This document shows, piece after piece, positions 48,943 through 58,322 of a DNA stretch of 64,000 nt (within the stretch, counting starts at the first letter, position 1; every line of letters starts with the position of its first letter). Source of the DNA: Candidatus Thorarchaeota archaeon. GTDB taxonomy: Archaea > Asgardarchaeota > Thorarchaeia > Thorarchaeales > Thorarchaeaceae. Both the position numbers and the translations under genes were made by a program. Location: contig CAVSBO010000003.1 of assembly GCA_963726195.1 (NCBI GenBank), forward strand, positions 704,001 through 768,000, in the 5' to 3' direction. The notes below the pieces were generated by a model. That model saw only the letters and a list, made by a program, of their open reading frames with translations. It was not told the DNA's origin and made no database searches.

Positions 48943-50388
48943 ATGTGCGCTATCATGATGGTTGTGGCCTTCACCTTCTTGGCTTGGATATTCTTCAGTC
49001 CTATCAACTTCATGTTTGGAATCAGTCCCGCTAGCCCTCCAACTCTATTGGTTTTGGTGTTGGATACTCTTGTTTACATCCCTTGCATGTATTATCTGAT
49101 GCGAGCTTGGCTAGGGCGAATGATGAGGAGAAAGAGTGGTCCGGCTGCTGGCATTGATGTGGTGGAGCCCGAGGGTGCAACGCCAAGCCAAGGCGATGAG
49201 TGGGGAGAAGCAACGCGTCCCTACACGCAGGCATCAACACCCAAGATTACGGGTCCCAAGTCGGACATCCGAAGTAGCCCGGTCGGACTTGATATGGGTT
49301 TCTTCATGAAGCCCCCCGACATCACGAGTGGCGAAAGTCTGTTTGACCCGAATCAGCTCCAGTCGCGAGCCATGATGCGCTCGAGCGTATCATCAGGGAA
49401 CTGGCATCGGAAACGTGTGAGTTCCAGAGCTATGGGCTCGCTCAAGGCTTCTGAAAGCAGGCAGACAGGCAGGTGCCTACGTGCGAGAAAGCCTCATGGT
49501 GAGATCTCGATGCCAAGCCTCAGTTCCACGATAGCCGCTGCTGCATTGAGAACCGGCAGAATCGGAGAAGGGGAGAGACTCAAGATTCGACGTGAGGACT
49601 TGCGCGAGAAGGTTCTTGCTCAGAGAACGCCTCTCACAATCATACTTGTCGTCGACGTCAGTCTGTCAATGAAGGGCAGCATGAACGAAGTCCGCAAGCT
49701 ATTGGAGAAGGTTGAACAAGAAACGAGGGGCTCGAAAGACAGGATAGGAATCGTCGCTTTCAAAGACAGCGGCGCTGTTGAGGTCCAGACACCGACCTCA
49801 AACTGGAATAGGGTATACAGAGCACTCACTCGTTTGAGAATCTCAGGCCTCACACCGTTAGCAGACGCGCTAGCAAGGACTTTGGATACCGTGAGGCGGG
49901 AACGCATGAGAGGTGGAAATACCGAGTCCCTAGTCTTGATAATCTCAGACTTCTCGCCTAACATACCCTTGCTGGGCTCCTTGAGCTCTAACAACGTCAC
50001 CTATTCTCCGTTACAGGACATTGTCAGGACCGCGAGACTGCTGAGAACTCAGAGAGTGCGATTGGCAGCGGTCAACGTTGATCCAGAACAAGCAAAGTGG
50101 TCGAGATTCCTCAAGAGATCATACCACGAAGCGACAGAGGTCGCAGTAATGCTTAGGGCCAAGAAGGACGGCCTTCGGGACCCGATCGAGACTGTTCTCA
50201 GTATTCCCGAGTTTCGAAAGTCATTCGGTGCCTTTCTGGTCGCAAGAGCGGGCGGCGGAAGAGCATTCCTCTCCAGCGAACTTCTGAGAGAGAGGTCAGC
50301 ACTCGCCTCCCTTCTAAGAGGAACAGAACCTCAGAGTAGGCACAGTCTGGAGGATCTGGCTGAACCAGAGACATACGTGCGCAAGTAA
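48943..50388 (+). CDS. ChlD-like C-terminal part: two TM helices, linker and VWA domain
   Basis: TIAAAALR...DLREKV, MIDAS DVSLSM, TPLADAL and ISD. The frame is open back to the A8 run at 48887-48894. Confidence 0.85.
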   Translation: MCAIMMVVAFTFLAWIFFSPINFMFGISPASPPTLLVLVLDTLVYIPCMYYLMRAWLGRMMRRKSGPAAGIDVVEPEGATPSQGDEWGEATRPYTQASTPKITGPKSDIRSSPVGLDMGFFMKPPDITSGESLFDPNQLQSRAMMRSSVSSGNWHRKRVSSRAMGSLKASESRQTGRCLRARKPHGEISMPSLSSTIAAAALRTGRIGEGERLKIRREDLREKVLAQRTPLTIILVVDVSLSMKGSMNEVRKLLEKVEQETRGSKDRIGIVAFKDSGAVEVQTPTSNWNRVYRALTRLRISGLTPLADALARTLDTVRRERMRGGNTESLVLIISDFSPNIPLLGSLSSNNVTYSPLQDIVRTARLLRTQRVRLAAVNVDPEQAKWSRFLKRSYHEATEVAVMLRAKKDGLRDPIETVLSIPEFRKSFGAFLVARAGGGRAFLSSELLRERSALASLLRGTEPQSRHSLEDLAEPETYVRK

Positions 50389-50580
50389 TGCTGGCTTAGA
50401 GAATGGTTGACTCGATTGTTTTTTAACATAAGGCAGATTCACTCAATGGGCGCATCTAGTCAGAGAGCAGCCTGATGTCATAGTGAGTGAGGAGAGCCCC
50501 CAGCGGGTTTTCGATGAATCTACTTTTCATGCATCATGGCACAGGACTGGTGCGCCCCCTACCATGAGGAGCTGCGAATG

Positions 50581-51624
50581 ATGCTTCACGGGAAACTCCC
50601 TCCGGATGTGCTTGAGCGTCTTGTCTTCACACGACTGGGCAGTAAGGACCCAGACTTGATACTTGGTCCCGGCACAGGCCGCGATGCGGCGCTGATCAGA
50701 ATCGGGGATAACATACTTGTGGCATCCACGGACCCAATAACCGGTTCAATCGAAGATGTCGGTTGGCTTTCCGTTCATGTGAATGCAAACGACATAGCAA
50801 CGTTCGGAGTAACTCCGAGATGGTTCTTCGCGTCGTTAATGGTGCCAAGTGGCAGCACAGTTGCAGACGTAGGCCGAATCATGGAACAAATAGACGAGGC
50901 TTCCAAACCTTTGGGCATAGCAGTAGCTGGGGGACACACAGAGTTCACTGGCGGCATTGACAGACCAATCGTCGCGGGGTTCATGTTGGGAATCACCCGC
51001 GAAGGGCAGTACGTCACCTCTGCTGGAGCGCAGCCTAGCGACTCTATTGTCATCACTAAGACCATAGGTCTCGAAGGAACAGCCATCCTTGCGGCTGAAG
51101 GGGCCAAGGTTCTTTCCCGACGTGTCAGTGAAAGGGTTCTTGCTGATGCAAGACGACTTAGGGAACAGATCAGCGTTGTGAAGGAAGGCCTTGCAGCGTT
51201 CGAGACTGGTCATGTAACTGCGATGCATGACCCCACAGAGGGAGGTTTCGCCGGAGGGATACACGAAGTATGTGACGCAAGCGGTGTCGGATTTGAAATG
51301 GACCTCGATGCCATACCCATTCATCCTTCAACGCTATCAATCTGCCCGCGAACTCGACATAGACCCTCTTGAACTCATTAGCAGCGGATGCATGGTCGTG
51401 ACCTGCGATTCCAATCATACTGAAGAAGTCGTGGAGAGAATCAAGGGGCAGGGGTTGAAGCCAAAGTCATTGGCTCAATAGTTCAAAATCGAAACCAGCG
51501 GGATGTCATGTCAGGAGAGAAAAGAAGCCCTCTACCCCGTCCTAGAACAGACGCACTCTGGGGTGCGCTCACAAAGATAGAGACCTTACGAAATCCCTCA
51601 CGGGGTCGAGCTGGGCGTCGGTAA
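50581..51624 (+). CDS. AIR-synthase-like (PurM/HypE/ThiL family) protein; two frameshifts near 51345 and 51455
   Basis: GKLPP, GPGTGRDAA, STDPIT, NANDIA, GGHTE and MHDPTEGG; DPLELISSG lies in the next frame. Confidence 0.85.
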
Positions 51625-52372
51625 CGCCCTCAATGATGATGGGCGAGAGAGAGATATTTCCTCTTGTCAGGACCTCATACACGTCCGTGCCCTTTGGTGG
51701 AACAATCTCAACGCCGCGAACCCAGTAGTAGGGACTGCCGTTCGGGTCAATCCTGCGTTCAATTTCGTCCTTCATGCGAGCTCTCGCGGGTTTTGTTACG
51801 ACTATCTGTGTCTTGTCCGTAATCTGGCGCGGGAAGTTCAGGTTCAACACGCTGGTGTTTCGCGGCATACCTGTTTCCAGAATATGCTTGATTACGCGCG
51901 TTGCCATCTCACATATCGCGTGACAGTCAGTGTCGTCTCCGGACTCTGAGAACCAGTCTTCTGACGAGGCCTCTCTAGATATCGCAACGGCTGGATAACC
52001 CCTGAGAGCAGCTTCGATAGCTGCTCCTGCAGTGCCACTAGTTAGAATGCTTTGATATCCCGCATTTGCACCGGCGTTGATTCCTGATACGAAAAGATCC
52101 AGCTTCTTCGCAAAGTACTGGGCTATGACAACAGAGTCGGCCGGCAGACCATCGTGAGCTATCAGCCTGTAGCCAGCTGACTGAGCATCTTGCGTCACTC
52201 GCAGAGGCCGATTCAATGTCTGTCCTTTTCCAGAGGCACTCCTTTGGCCGTCTGGCACCACAACAATCAGGTCTGCGATATCTTTCAGATGGTCTGCAAG
52301 ACTCAACAACCCGGGACTCACAGGACCATCATCGTTCGTTAGACATATCTTATGCAACACTGCTTCTTCCAA
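51569..52372 (-). CDS. surE: 5'/3'-nucleotidase SurE
   Basis: LTNDDG, SGINAGAN, SGTAGAA, NLNFP and DPNGSPYYW motifs. Confidence 0.93.
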   Translation of the reverse strand: MEEAVLHKICLTNDDGPVSPGLLSLADHLKDIADLIVVVPDGQRSASGKGQTLNRPLRVTQDAQSAGYRLIAHDGLPADSVVIAQYFAKKLDLFVSGINAGANAGYQSILTSGTAGAAIEAALRGYPAVAISREASSEDWFSESGDDTDCHAICEMATRVIKHILETGMPRNTSVLNLNFPRQITDKTQIVVTKPARARMKDEIERRIDPNGSPYYWVRGVEIVPPKGTDVYEVLTRGNISLSPIIIEGVTDAQLDPVRDFVRSLSL

Positions 52373-52485
52373 GCCTTACTGGCTCTAGCTTCGTTGGTAG
52401 GTGCTTCATAAGAGTAGCGGACGAAAAAGTATAGGGGAGGCTCGAAGCAGCGTAAGCTTGCCTCTCCTCCCGACGACCCCGCGGT

Positions 52486-52656
52486 TTACAAATCGTAATC
52501 CTTGAGGGTCTTGCGCTTGTTGCCTTCGGTCCTCTTCGCTGCGTGTTCAAGCACGTCGCGAACTTTCTTGTCGAGGGCCTCATAGAAGTCTGAGCTGACT
52601 TGTAGATCTTTGCTCTTAGCGAATTCCTGTACTTTTGACTTCACTATAAAGCTCAT
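52486..52656 (-). CDS. Short-alpha3 histone-fold protein (56 aa), missed by the ORF track
   Basis: MSFIVKSKVQEFAKSKDLQVSSDFYEALDKKVRDVLEHAAKRTEGNKRKTLKDYDL; GGAGTGA RBS and TTTAAAA promoter upstream. Confidence 0.88.
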   Translation of the reverse strand: MSFIVKSKVQEFAKSKDLQVSSDFYEALDKKVRDVLEHAAKRTEGNKRKTLKDYDL

Positions 52657-52833
52657 TTGCACTTCACTCCACTATTAATGGTAAGGCAGAATGGCCTGTA
52701 GGTGGCTTTTAAACGTTATCTGAGAACGGTGCCGAGAGGCCGTTTTTGGGCCGTCTTTGGCGGTTTTCAGGTAAGGAAACTGGCTCCATATGCCCCCGGG
52801 CAGTCGATTATACTGCAAACACGACACAAAACA

Positions 52834-53916
52834 CTAGAATCTGTCGACCAACACGTCCATGATTCTCTTTGCAGCATCACCTGAGCCGTACGGGCAGGGC
52901 CTGTCTTGATGAAGGTCTGAGGCGACTGCCTCTCTAATCATGCTTGGGAATACAGTCGGGTTCACGCCAACGACTACAGCATGACCAGACTCGACCGATT
53001 CAGGTCTCTCCGTTGTGACCCGCAGTACAAAGACGCTCTTGTTCAGAGACGGGGCCGTGACCTCTTCCTGAATTCCACCTGAATCAGTTATTACGTAGGA
53101 ACACATATCCATGAGCCGAAGGAAATCGAGATACCCAAGTGGTTCGACTATCTGTATGGACCCACTGCTCCGAAGCAAGCTCATCAGGCCGAACTCGTTG
53201 AGGCGGGCGACAGTCCTTGGATGAGCGGGAAACACTATCTTTGTGTCGAGAGAAAGGAGTCCGCCAATGAGACCCTGAAGAGTGGCCTTGTCATCAACAT
53301 TCTCAGCTCTGTGCAGAGTCATGAGAGCAAAGGTCCCTGCCTTTAGACCTGGAACGGCACTCTTTCGCTTCCTTGCTTTTGGCAGAATCGTTTCAAGAGC
53401 ATCTATCACCGTGTTGCCGGTTACAAAGATTTCTCCCAGGACATGCTCTTGCCTGAGCGTATCAGCACAATGCTCAGTGGGTGCAAAAAGATAATCAGAT
53501 GCATGATCTGTCAGACGCCGGTTGTATTCCTCGGGCATCCTTTTGTCAAAGCTTCGGAGCCCAGCCTCGATGTGAGCAAAGGGCACATGCAGTTTGACTG
53601 CGGCCAAGGCCGCTGAAAGAACGGCGTTTGTATCACCTAGGGCAGCCACGAAACTCGGTTTTTCTTTGACCAGTTCATTCTCTATGCCAACAAGTGCTCT
53701 GGCAGTTTGCTCCCCTTGTGTTCCTGAGCCAATGTTCAGGTTCTTGTCAGGATTGCGCAGACCCATGTCTACGAAGAATGAATCACTCATATACTCTGTA
53801 TAATGCTGGCCTGTATGCAACAGATAGTACTCGATTCCTCTTCTATCACACTCGTGGATAACGGGCGAGATTTTCACTATCTCAGGCCTTGTCCCCACTA
53901 CGAGAAATGGTTTCAA
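52834..53916 (-). CDS. wecB: UDP-N-acetylglucosamine 2-epimerase (non-hydrolysing)
   Basis: GTRPEIVK, HTGQH, GDTN, HIEAGLRS, TLHRAEN, TDSGGIQEE and TERPE motifs. Confidence 0.95.
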   Translation of the reverse strand: MKPFLVVGTRPEIVKISPVIHECDRRGIEYYLLHTGQHYTEYMSDSFFVDMGLRNPDKNLNIGSGTQGEQTARALVGIENELVKEKPSFVAALGDTNAVLSAALAAVKLHVPFAHIEAGLRSFDKRMPEEYNRRLTDHASDYLFAPTEHCADTLRQEHVLGEIFVTGNTVIDALETILPKARKRKSAVPGLKAGTFALMTLHRAENVDDKATLQGLIGGLLSLDTKIVFPAHPRTVARLNEFGLMSLLRSSGSIQIVEPLGYLDFLRLMDMCSYVITDSGGIQEEVTAPSLNKSVFVLRVTTERPESVESGHAVVVGVNPTVFPSMIREAVASDLHQDRPCPYGSGDAAKRIMDVLVDRF

Positions 53917-54025
53917 TCAGTTCGACCGAAAGCAATTGGCTTGAACTGCTTCATAAGGATGGCGTCACTCCACACTATGAACAGAGATTAAGAACGGTCG
54001 AATCAAACGAGTCCGCATGCCATTC

Positions 54026-54775
54026 TTAATGACCTGAGGGCAGCCCGGCAGCACCCCGTGGTTTCCCTTTCGTGCGAGCATCAACAGACGGAATCATTTC
54101 GTTTAGAGAACCCGTAACAAGCTCGGCACCGAAAGACAGCAGAGTTTCTCTACTTGTCTCTCCGGTTGTTACACCCCAGAAGGTTATTCCGGCTCTCATG
54201 GCTGCAACTGCATCAATTGAAGCATCGCCGACATATACTGCCTCGGCCAATTTCACGCCCAGTTTGCTGACTACCGCCATCAGTCCATCTGGGAAGGGCT
54301 TCGGCGTTGGAGACTCGTTTCGGGTTTGGATTACATCAAACAGAGACGCCATCGGGATAATCTCAAGGACAATGTCCACAGCTTGACGACCATTATTGGT
54401 AAGTATAGCCGTCTTGAGACCCTTTGACTTCAGCACGTGCACAGCATCAAGTGCTCCATCAATGGGTCTGACATTTCGAGCTGCGCCGGCCTCATACTCG
54501 CTCAGCATCGACTCTATGTATTCCTCAATCTGTTGCCACTGTGCAAGAACCACGCCATGAGACAAGAAGTACGACTTTGCTTTGAATATCGAGTCTGAAA
54601 TGCCATCAGACGGATCGAGCATCTCTTTTGGTAAACCGTTGTCGTAGAGGTACTGCTTGGTTTCTCTACGCATTGCATCGAGAGGGACGGTCAGCATAGT
54701 CAAGGTGCCGTCCAAGTCAAATATGACAGCCTTGAGCTTCGGCCGTTCCTGTCGATTGTCACGGTCATGATGCAC
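54026..54775 (-). CDS. HAD-family hydrolase (phosphoglycolate phosphatase-like)
   Basis: FDLDGTL, LTNN, KPFP and YVGDASID motifs. Confidence 0.85.
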   Translation of the reverse strand: MHHDRDNRQERPKLKAVIFDLDGTLTMLTVPLDAMRRETKQYLYDNGLPKEMLDPSDGISDSIFKAKSYFLSHGVVLAQWQQIEEYIESMLSEYEAGAARNVRPIDGALDAVHVLKSKGLKTAILTNNGRQAVDIVLEIIPMASLFDVIQTRNESPTPKPFPDGLMAVVSKLGVKLAEAVYVGDASIDAVAAMRAGITFWGVTTGETSRETLLSFGAELVTGSLNEMIPSVDARTKGKPRGAAGLPSGH

Positions 54776-54874
54776 CCGAGTCTAACCTCCTACTTCCCAA
54801 TGAACGAGCCTATCACTCAGACGACAGAGTTGAGCACACCTCGGGTAAAGCGGACCATATTTGTCAGGAGGTTT

Positions 54875-55375
54875 TCATTTGCTAGGCTGAGTGATGAGAG
54901 CCTTCACGCACGTTGCATCTTCGGTGGCGGCTCTTACAACCTCCATCTTCACGACCGGCGCGACGCCCTCTGCCAATGCCTTCATGTAAGGCAGGCATAC
55001 TACATCGCAATACACCTTTCCGTGGGCAACAAACGACTCATGCTGGGGGCAGTATGGATGGTGAGCTTCAACGCGATTCTTTGATACCCAATGAGGCTCC
55101 ATTTTTGCGCCCATAATGGGACCTATGATTTTCCAGGCATTTAGGGAGTCCTTCAGTGTATTCTTGAGACCGAGGCGAGCTTTCATGGTTTCAGCGTCCT
55201 GTTGACCAAGCCTTCGAAACACTTCGGAGACAGCCTCAAGACCTTCTTGGCCGAGCTTCTCTTCAAGAACGATTGGCATCTCAGTCATCAGCCGAACTAT
55301 GTTGCCCCTCAGCTCAGTGACCTTACTGCCGGCAGGTACCCAACCCCTGACCGCAGCCGCTTTTTGTATACCCAT
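54875..55375 (-). CDS. V4R/ATC-hydrolase-like small ligand-binding protein
   Basis: YCP...YCDVVC...C pattern typical of V4R-like folds. Confidence 0.55.
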   Translation of the reverse strand: MGIQKAAAVRGWVPAGSKVTELRGNIVRLMTEMPIVLEEKLGQEGLEAVSEVFRRLGQQDAETMKARLGLKNTLKDSLNAWKIIGPIMGAKMEPHWVSKNRVEAHHPYCPQHESFVAHGKVYCDVVCLPYMKALAEGVAPVVKMEVVRAATEDATCVKALITQPSK

Positions 55376-55644
55376 TTGTGAGCCTCCGATGCCTTACGAA
55401 AGAAGCAATCGGTTGAACAATGCCGGATGACAGGCATCTATTAGTCTTGTCATAGGTGTGCTGCCGAGAGAATAGGGCATCGCGAATGCCAGTATGGCCT
55501 CTGTTCTGATTCAGCCACTAGTAGCATCATTGAAGCTCTGAACTACACGTACGAATCATCCACGAAAGAGCGACGGAGAGCTTGTTGAATTGGTTCAGCA
55601 ATCTTCTTTAGGCTAGGCCAAACGCCTATGAACCGGGCTGTTCC

Positions 55645-56667
55645 ATGAAGGGAATAGAGGGAATAGACCTCGGCAGCATGAGAAGCATGGTAGCCGCATT
55701 TCCTCAGCTTTTGTCAGCTGGCAAGCTGGAAGAATCGCTAGAGGAAAAGGCATCAGAAGCTTTCCAGCATGGGATTAAGGGACTCTGTCTGTGCGGCATC
55801 GGCGGAAGTGCAATCGCAGGCGAAATCTCACGCAGTCTTGTGATTGATGAATCGCCAGTGCCCATCCTAATGGCGAGAGACTATTCAATTCCAAAAGCTG
55901 TTGGCAGGGACTGGGCAGTCATTGTCACTAGCTATTCAGGTGACACGGAAGAAACTCTGTCTTCGTTTGACGAAGCCATGGCGAGGAAAGCTACTGTCTT
56001 TAGTATCACTACAGGCGGCGAACTTGGGCGAAGGGCAAAGGCAGGAACTATCCATCTGATAGCAGAAGGACTCCAGCCACGTGCCGCACTTCCTTTGGTG
56101 TTCCGCGGGCTTCACACGCTGGTCGAGACTGCCTTGGGTCTCACCGAGACTGACTTTGACACGATCTCGAGAAGGCTATCAAGATTCGCGAAATCATGGG
56201 GAAAGACAGTAGAATCTCCTGACAAACTCGCGCGGATGCTCGGGAACTCAATACCTCTCTTTGCAGGATGGAAGCACCTAGGAGCGGTCGCCTACAGAGC
56301 TAAGTTTCAGATATGTGAGAATGCAAAGGGCGTTGCCATGTGGTGCGAAATGCCCGAGGCCAGCCACAACGAAATCGAAGCGTCGGCCTCCTATCTCGAC
56401 CACTCTGTAGTTCCCGTTTTCCTGCGCAGCAAGTATGAAGAGAAGCGAACAGCGAGAAGATTCGACCTTGTATCAGATGTATACTCGGACGCCGGCTGCA
56501 AGCCTCTGCACATCATGGTTGAGAGCGACTCCAGAGTGGAGGAGGCATTAAGTATGGCACACTACCTTGACACCGTATCGGTCGAACTTGCTGACTTCAG
56601 AGGCGTCGATTCCCTTCATGTGAACAAGATTGCAGAGCTTAAGGCTAGGCTGTCACGTCCATACTAG
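55645..56667 (+). CDS. Bifunctional phosphoglucose/phosphomannose isomerase (SIS domains)
   Basis: GIGGSA, SYSGDTEET, TTGG, QPR, ENAK and PEASHNEIE motifs. Confidence 0.9.
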   Translation: MKGIEGIDLGSMRSMVAAFPQLLSAGKLEESLEEKASEAFQHGIKGLCLCGIGGSAIAGEISRSLVIDESPVPILMARDYSIPKAVGRDWAVIVTSYSGDTEETLSSFDEAMARKATVFSITTGGELGRRAKAGTIHLIAEGLQPRAALPLVFRGLHTLVETALGLTETDFDTISRRLSRFAKSWGKTVESPDKLARMLGNSIPLFAGWKHLGAVAYRAKFQICENAKGVAMWCEMPEASHNEIEASASYLDHSVVPVFLRSKYEEKRTARRFDLVSDVYSDAGCKPLHIMVESDSRVEEALSMAHYLDTVSVELADFRGVDSLHVNKIAELKARLSRPY

Positions 56668-56675
56668 GTGTCTTC

Positions 56676-57218
56676 TCAAATCGGAGTGTAGCCATCGTAG
56701 ACGAAAAGCAGCACTCGCCAAGACGGAAACTGACTCTGAAAGAAATAGTAGCTCAGAGTGAGCGTCACGGCGAATGTCCAGTTCCCACTTAGCGAAGCGT
56801 TGTACAGAATCTGCTTGTCAAGTAGCTCAGAAATCGTGCTGCCAACTGTGAAGTTCTTATCGTACCCTGCCGTAATACTCCTTTCAGAAGCAAGAATCAC
56901 ATCTTTTTGGAACGTCGTATACGCGATAAACTCCCCATCCAGGTACACAGATGCTGACAGGTGGGTGAGAGTCATTTGTCCATTCGTGAAGTAAGGGGCC
57001 TTCAGATTGAAGACCATGACAAGGGTTGGGTTAACAGATTCGTTTGACGGATTGAGGTCTGCAATCCTGACATCCTCAAGGGTCACCGCCAAGTACCTGG
57101 CAATGGTGTAGGTGCCAGTATAGTAGGAAGTATTCGAAATCAAAGATGTGCCACTCACGAGACCTGTAAGTATAATAAGAATGACAATTGCGTTCTGAGA
57201 TTTCGTGCTTGCTATCAT
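56676..57218 (-). CDS. Membrane-anchored exported beta-rich protein
   Basis: N-terminal TM helix, Ig/LEA-like beta pattern and several NxS/T sequons. Confidence 0.6.
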   Translation of the reverse strand: MIASTKSQNAIVILIILTGLVSGTSLISNTSYYTGTYTIARYLAVTLEDVRIADLNPSNESVNPTLVMVFNLKAPYFTNGQMTLTHLSASVYLDGEFIAYTTFQKDVILASERSITAGYDKNFTVGSTISELLDKQILYNASLSGNWTFAVTLTLSYYFFQSQFPSWRVLLFVYDGYTPI

Positions 57219-57293
57219 TGGATGTCAGGTTGTGACAGATTCACACGAGATATTTCCTTTCCGTTCAGCGCACAAGGTGCTTTGTAGACCGGG

Positions 57294-58155
57294 CTACAAT
57301 GCAAGAACACTCATGTGCACAAGCCATGGAAAGAGCGCAATCAGCGCCGGTAGGGGTATTGCCGGTAGAATGACTCCTTCTCGCACGAGTACGGTCACAT
57401 TGATTAATATCCCAAAAACCAGAAGGATGGCAGTCATTGCCCAAACATGAAATGGAAAGAAGACCACCGAATGCGCGGCTATCAAAGAGAATGTTATGTA
57501 GTCTCCTGCTCCAACTGCCCGCTCTGCTGGATTTGATTCGTGCGTAATCAAAGGGATCTGAACCAGCTGGTTCACTCATCTGTTCAGGACTTGCAGCTGA
57601 CGAATACCTCGTAAGAAGATAGTCTTCCACGGCTATCGATATTACAATCACGACAATGCTTGTGGTCACCATTGTGATTCCAAGGAAAGTACCAAACACA
57701 CTGCCGTAGAATCCCGCAAACGCACTGCGGACTGTGGGGGGAACTACGTCAATTACTATCAGCACTATCGAAAGCATTGAGATAGCCAGTGATAAAAGAA
57801 GAACCAAAGCCATCAGTATGTTCGTTGAACCTTTGAACATCACCAAGAGTAGTGATTCTCCAGAGAATAGCGAAATGAATCCAAGTATGGGTGACACGAC
57901 AAGTGCTACAACTAGTTTCCGTCCCCTCCGACCTCCCCTCTCCGTAATCCAAAAGAGAGCCAGCACCACTGCCATTCCAAGAAGAGTAGAGACGACAGCT
58001 TGCACAGCTATCTCTGCCACAGAGAAAGCGCGACTCCGTGCGATCAACTGGCCGATGAGCGAGGAACCTAGGACTGACACAGCGATTGCTGAGCCCAGAA
58101 TCAGCGGCAGCAGAGAAAGAACAAGAAGCGTACGGCGGTCCTTGTCAAGCCTCAT
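57294..58155 (-). CDS. Presenilin/signal-peptide-peptidase-like GxGD intramembrane aspartyl protease; frameshift near 57520
   Basis: About nine TM helices; AVEDY (YD equivalent), VGAGDY (GxGD) and LPAIP (PAL-like), split across two frames. Confidence 0.8.
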
Positions 58156-58279
58156 TTTCAGGTTCCAACCGAAGACTTCGTACCGCCCGTTATATGGGAA
58201 TCCGTCAGAGCAATTTCTGACGAGAAGAAGACTTACCTCAGGCGAACTTAGAGACCACTTTGATTATGGAAAGGGCACG

Positions 58280-58311
58280 AAAAAAAGGAGGGGAGGGGAC
58301 TACTGTCCCCT
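58280..58311 (-). terminator. Hairpin plus U7 terminator after the ABC substrate-binding protein gene
   Basis: AGGGGAC-AGUA-GUCCCCU stem followed by CCCUCCUUUUUUU. Confidence 0.7.
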
Positions 58312-58322
58312 GCTGAATCAGA

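Noticed and set aside
50581-51624. Calling the PurM-like gene selD, hypE or thiL
   Set aside because: No SelD N-terminal Cys/Sec-x-x-Lys motif and no HypE C-terminal PRIC motif; only a family-level call is supported.
52350-52583. 77-aa minus-strand ORF from the track
   Set aside because: Alternative frame of the real 56-aa histone gene at 52486-52656.
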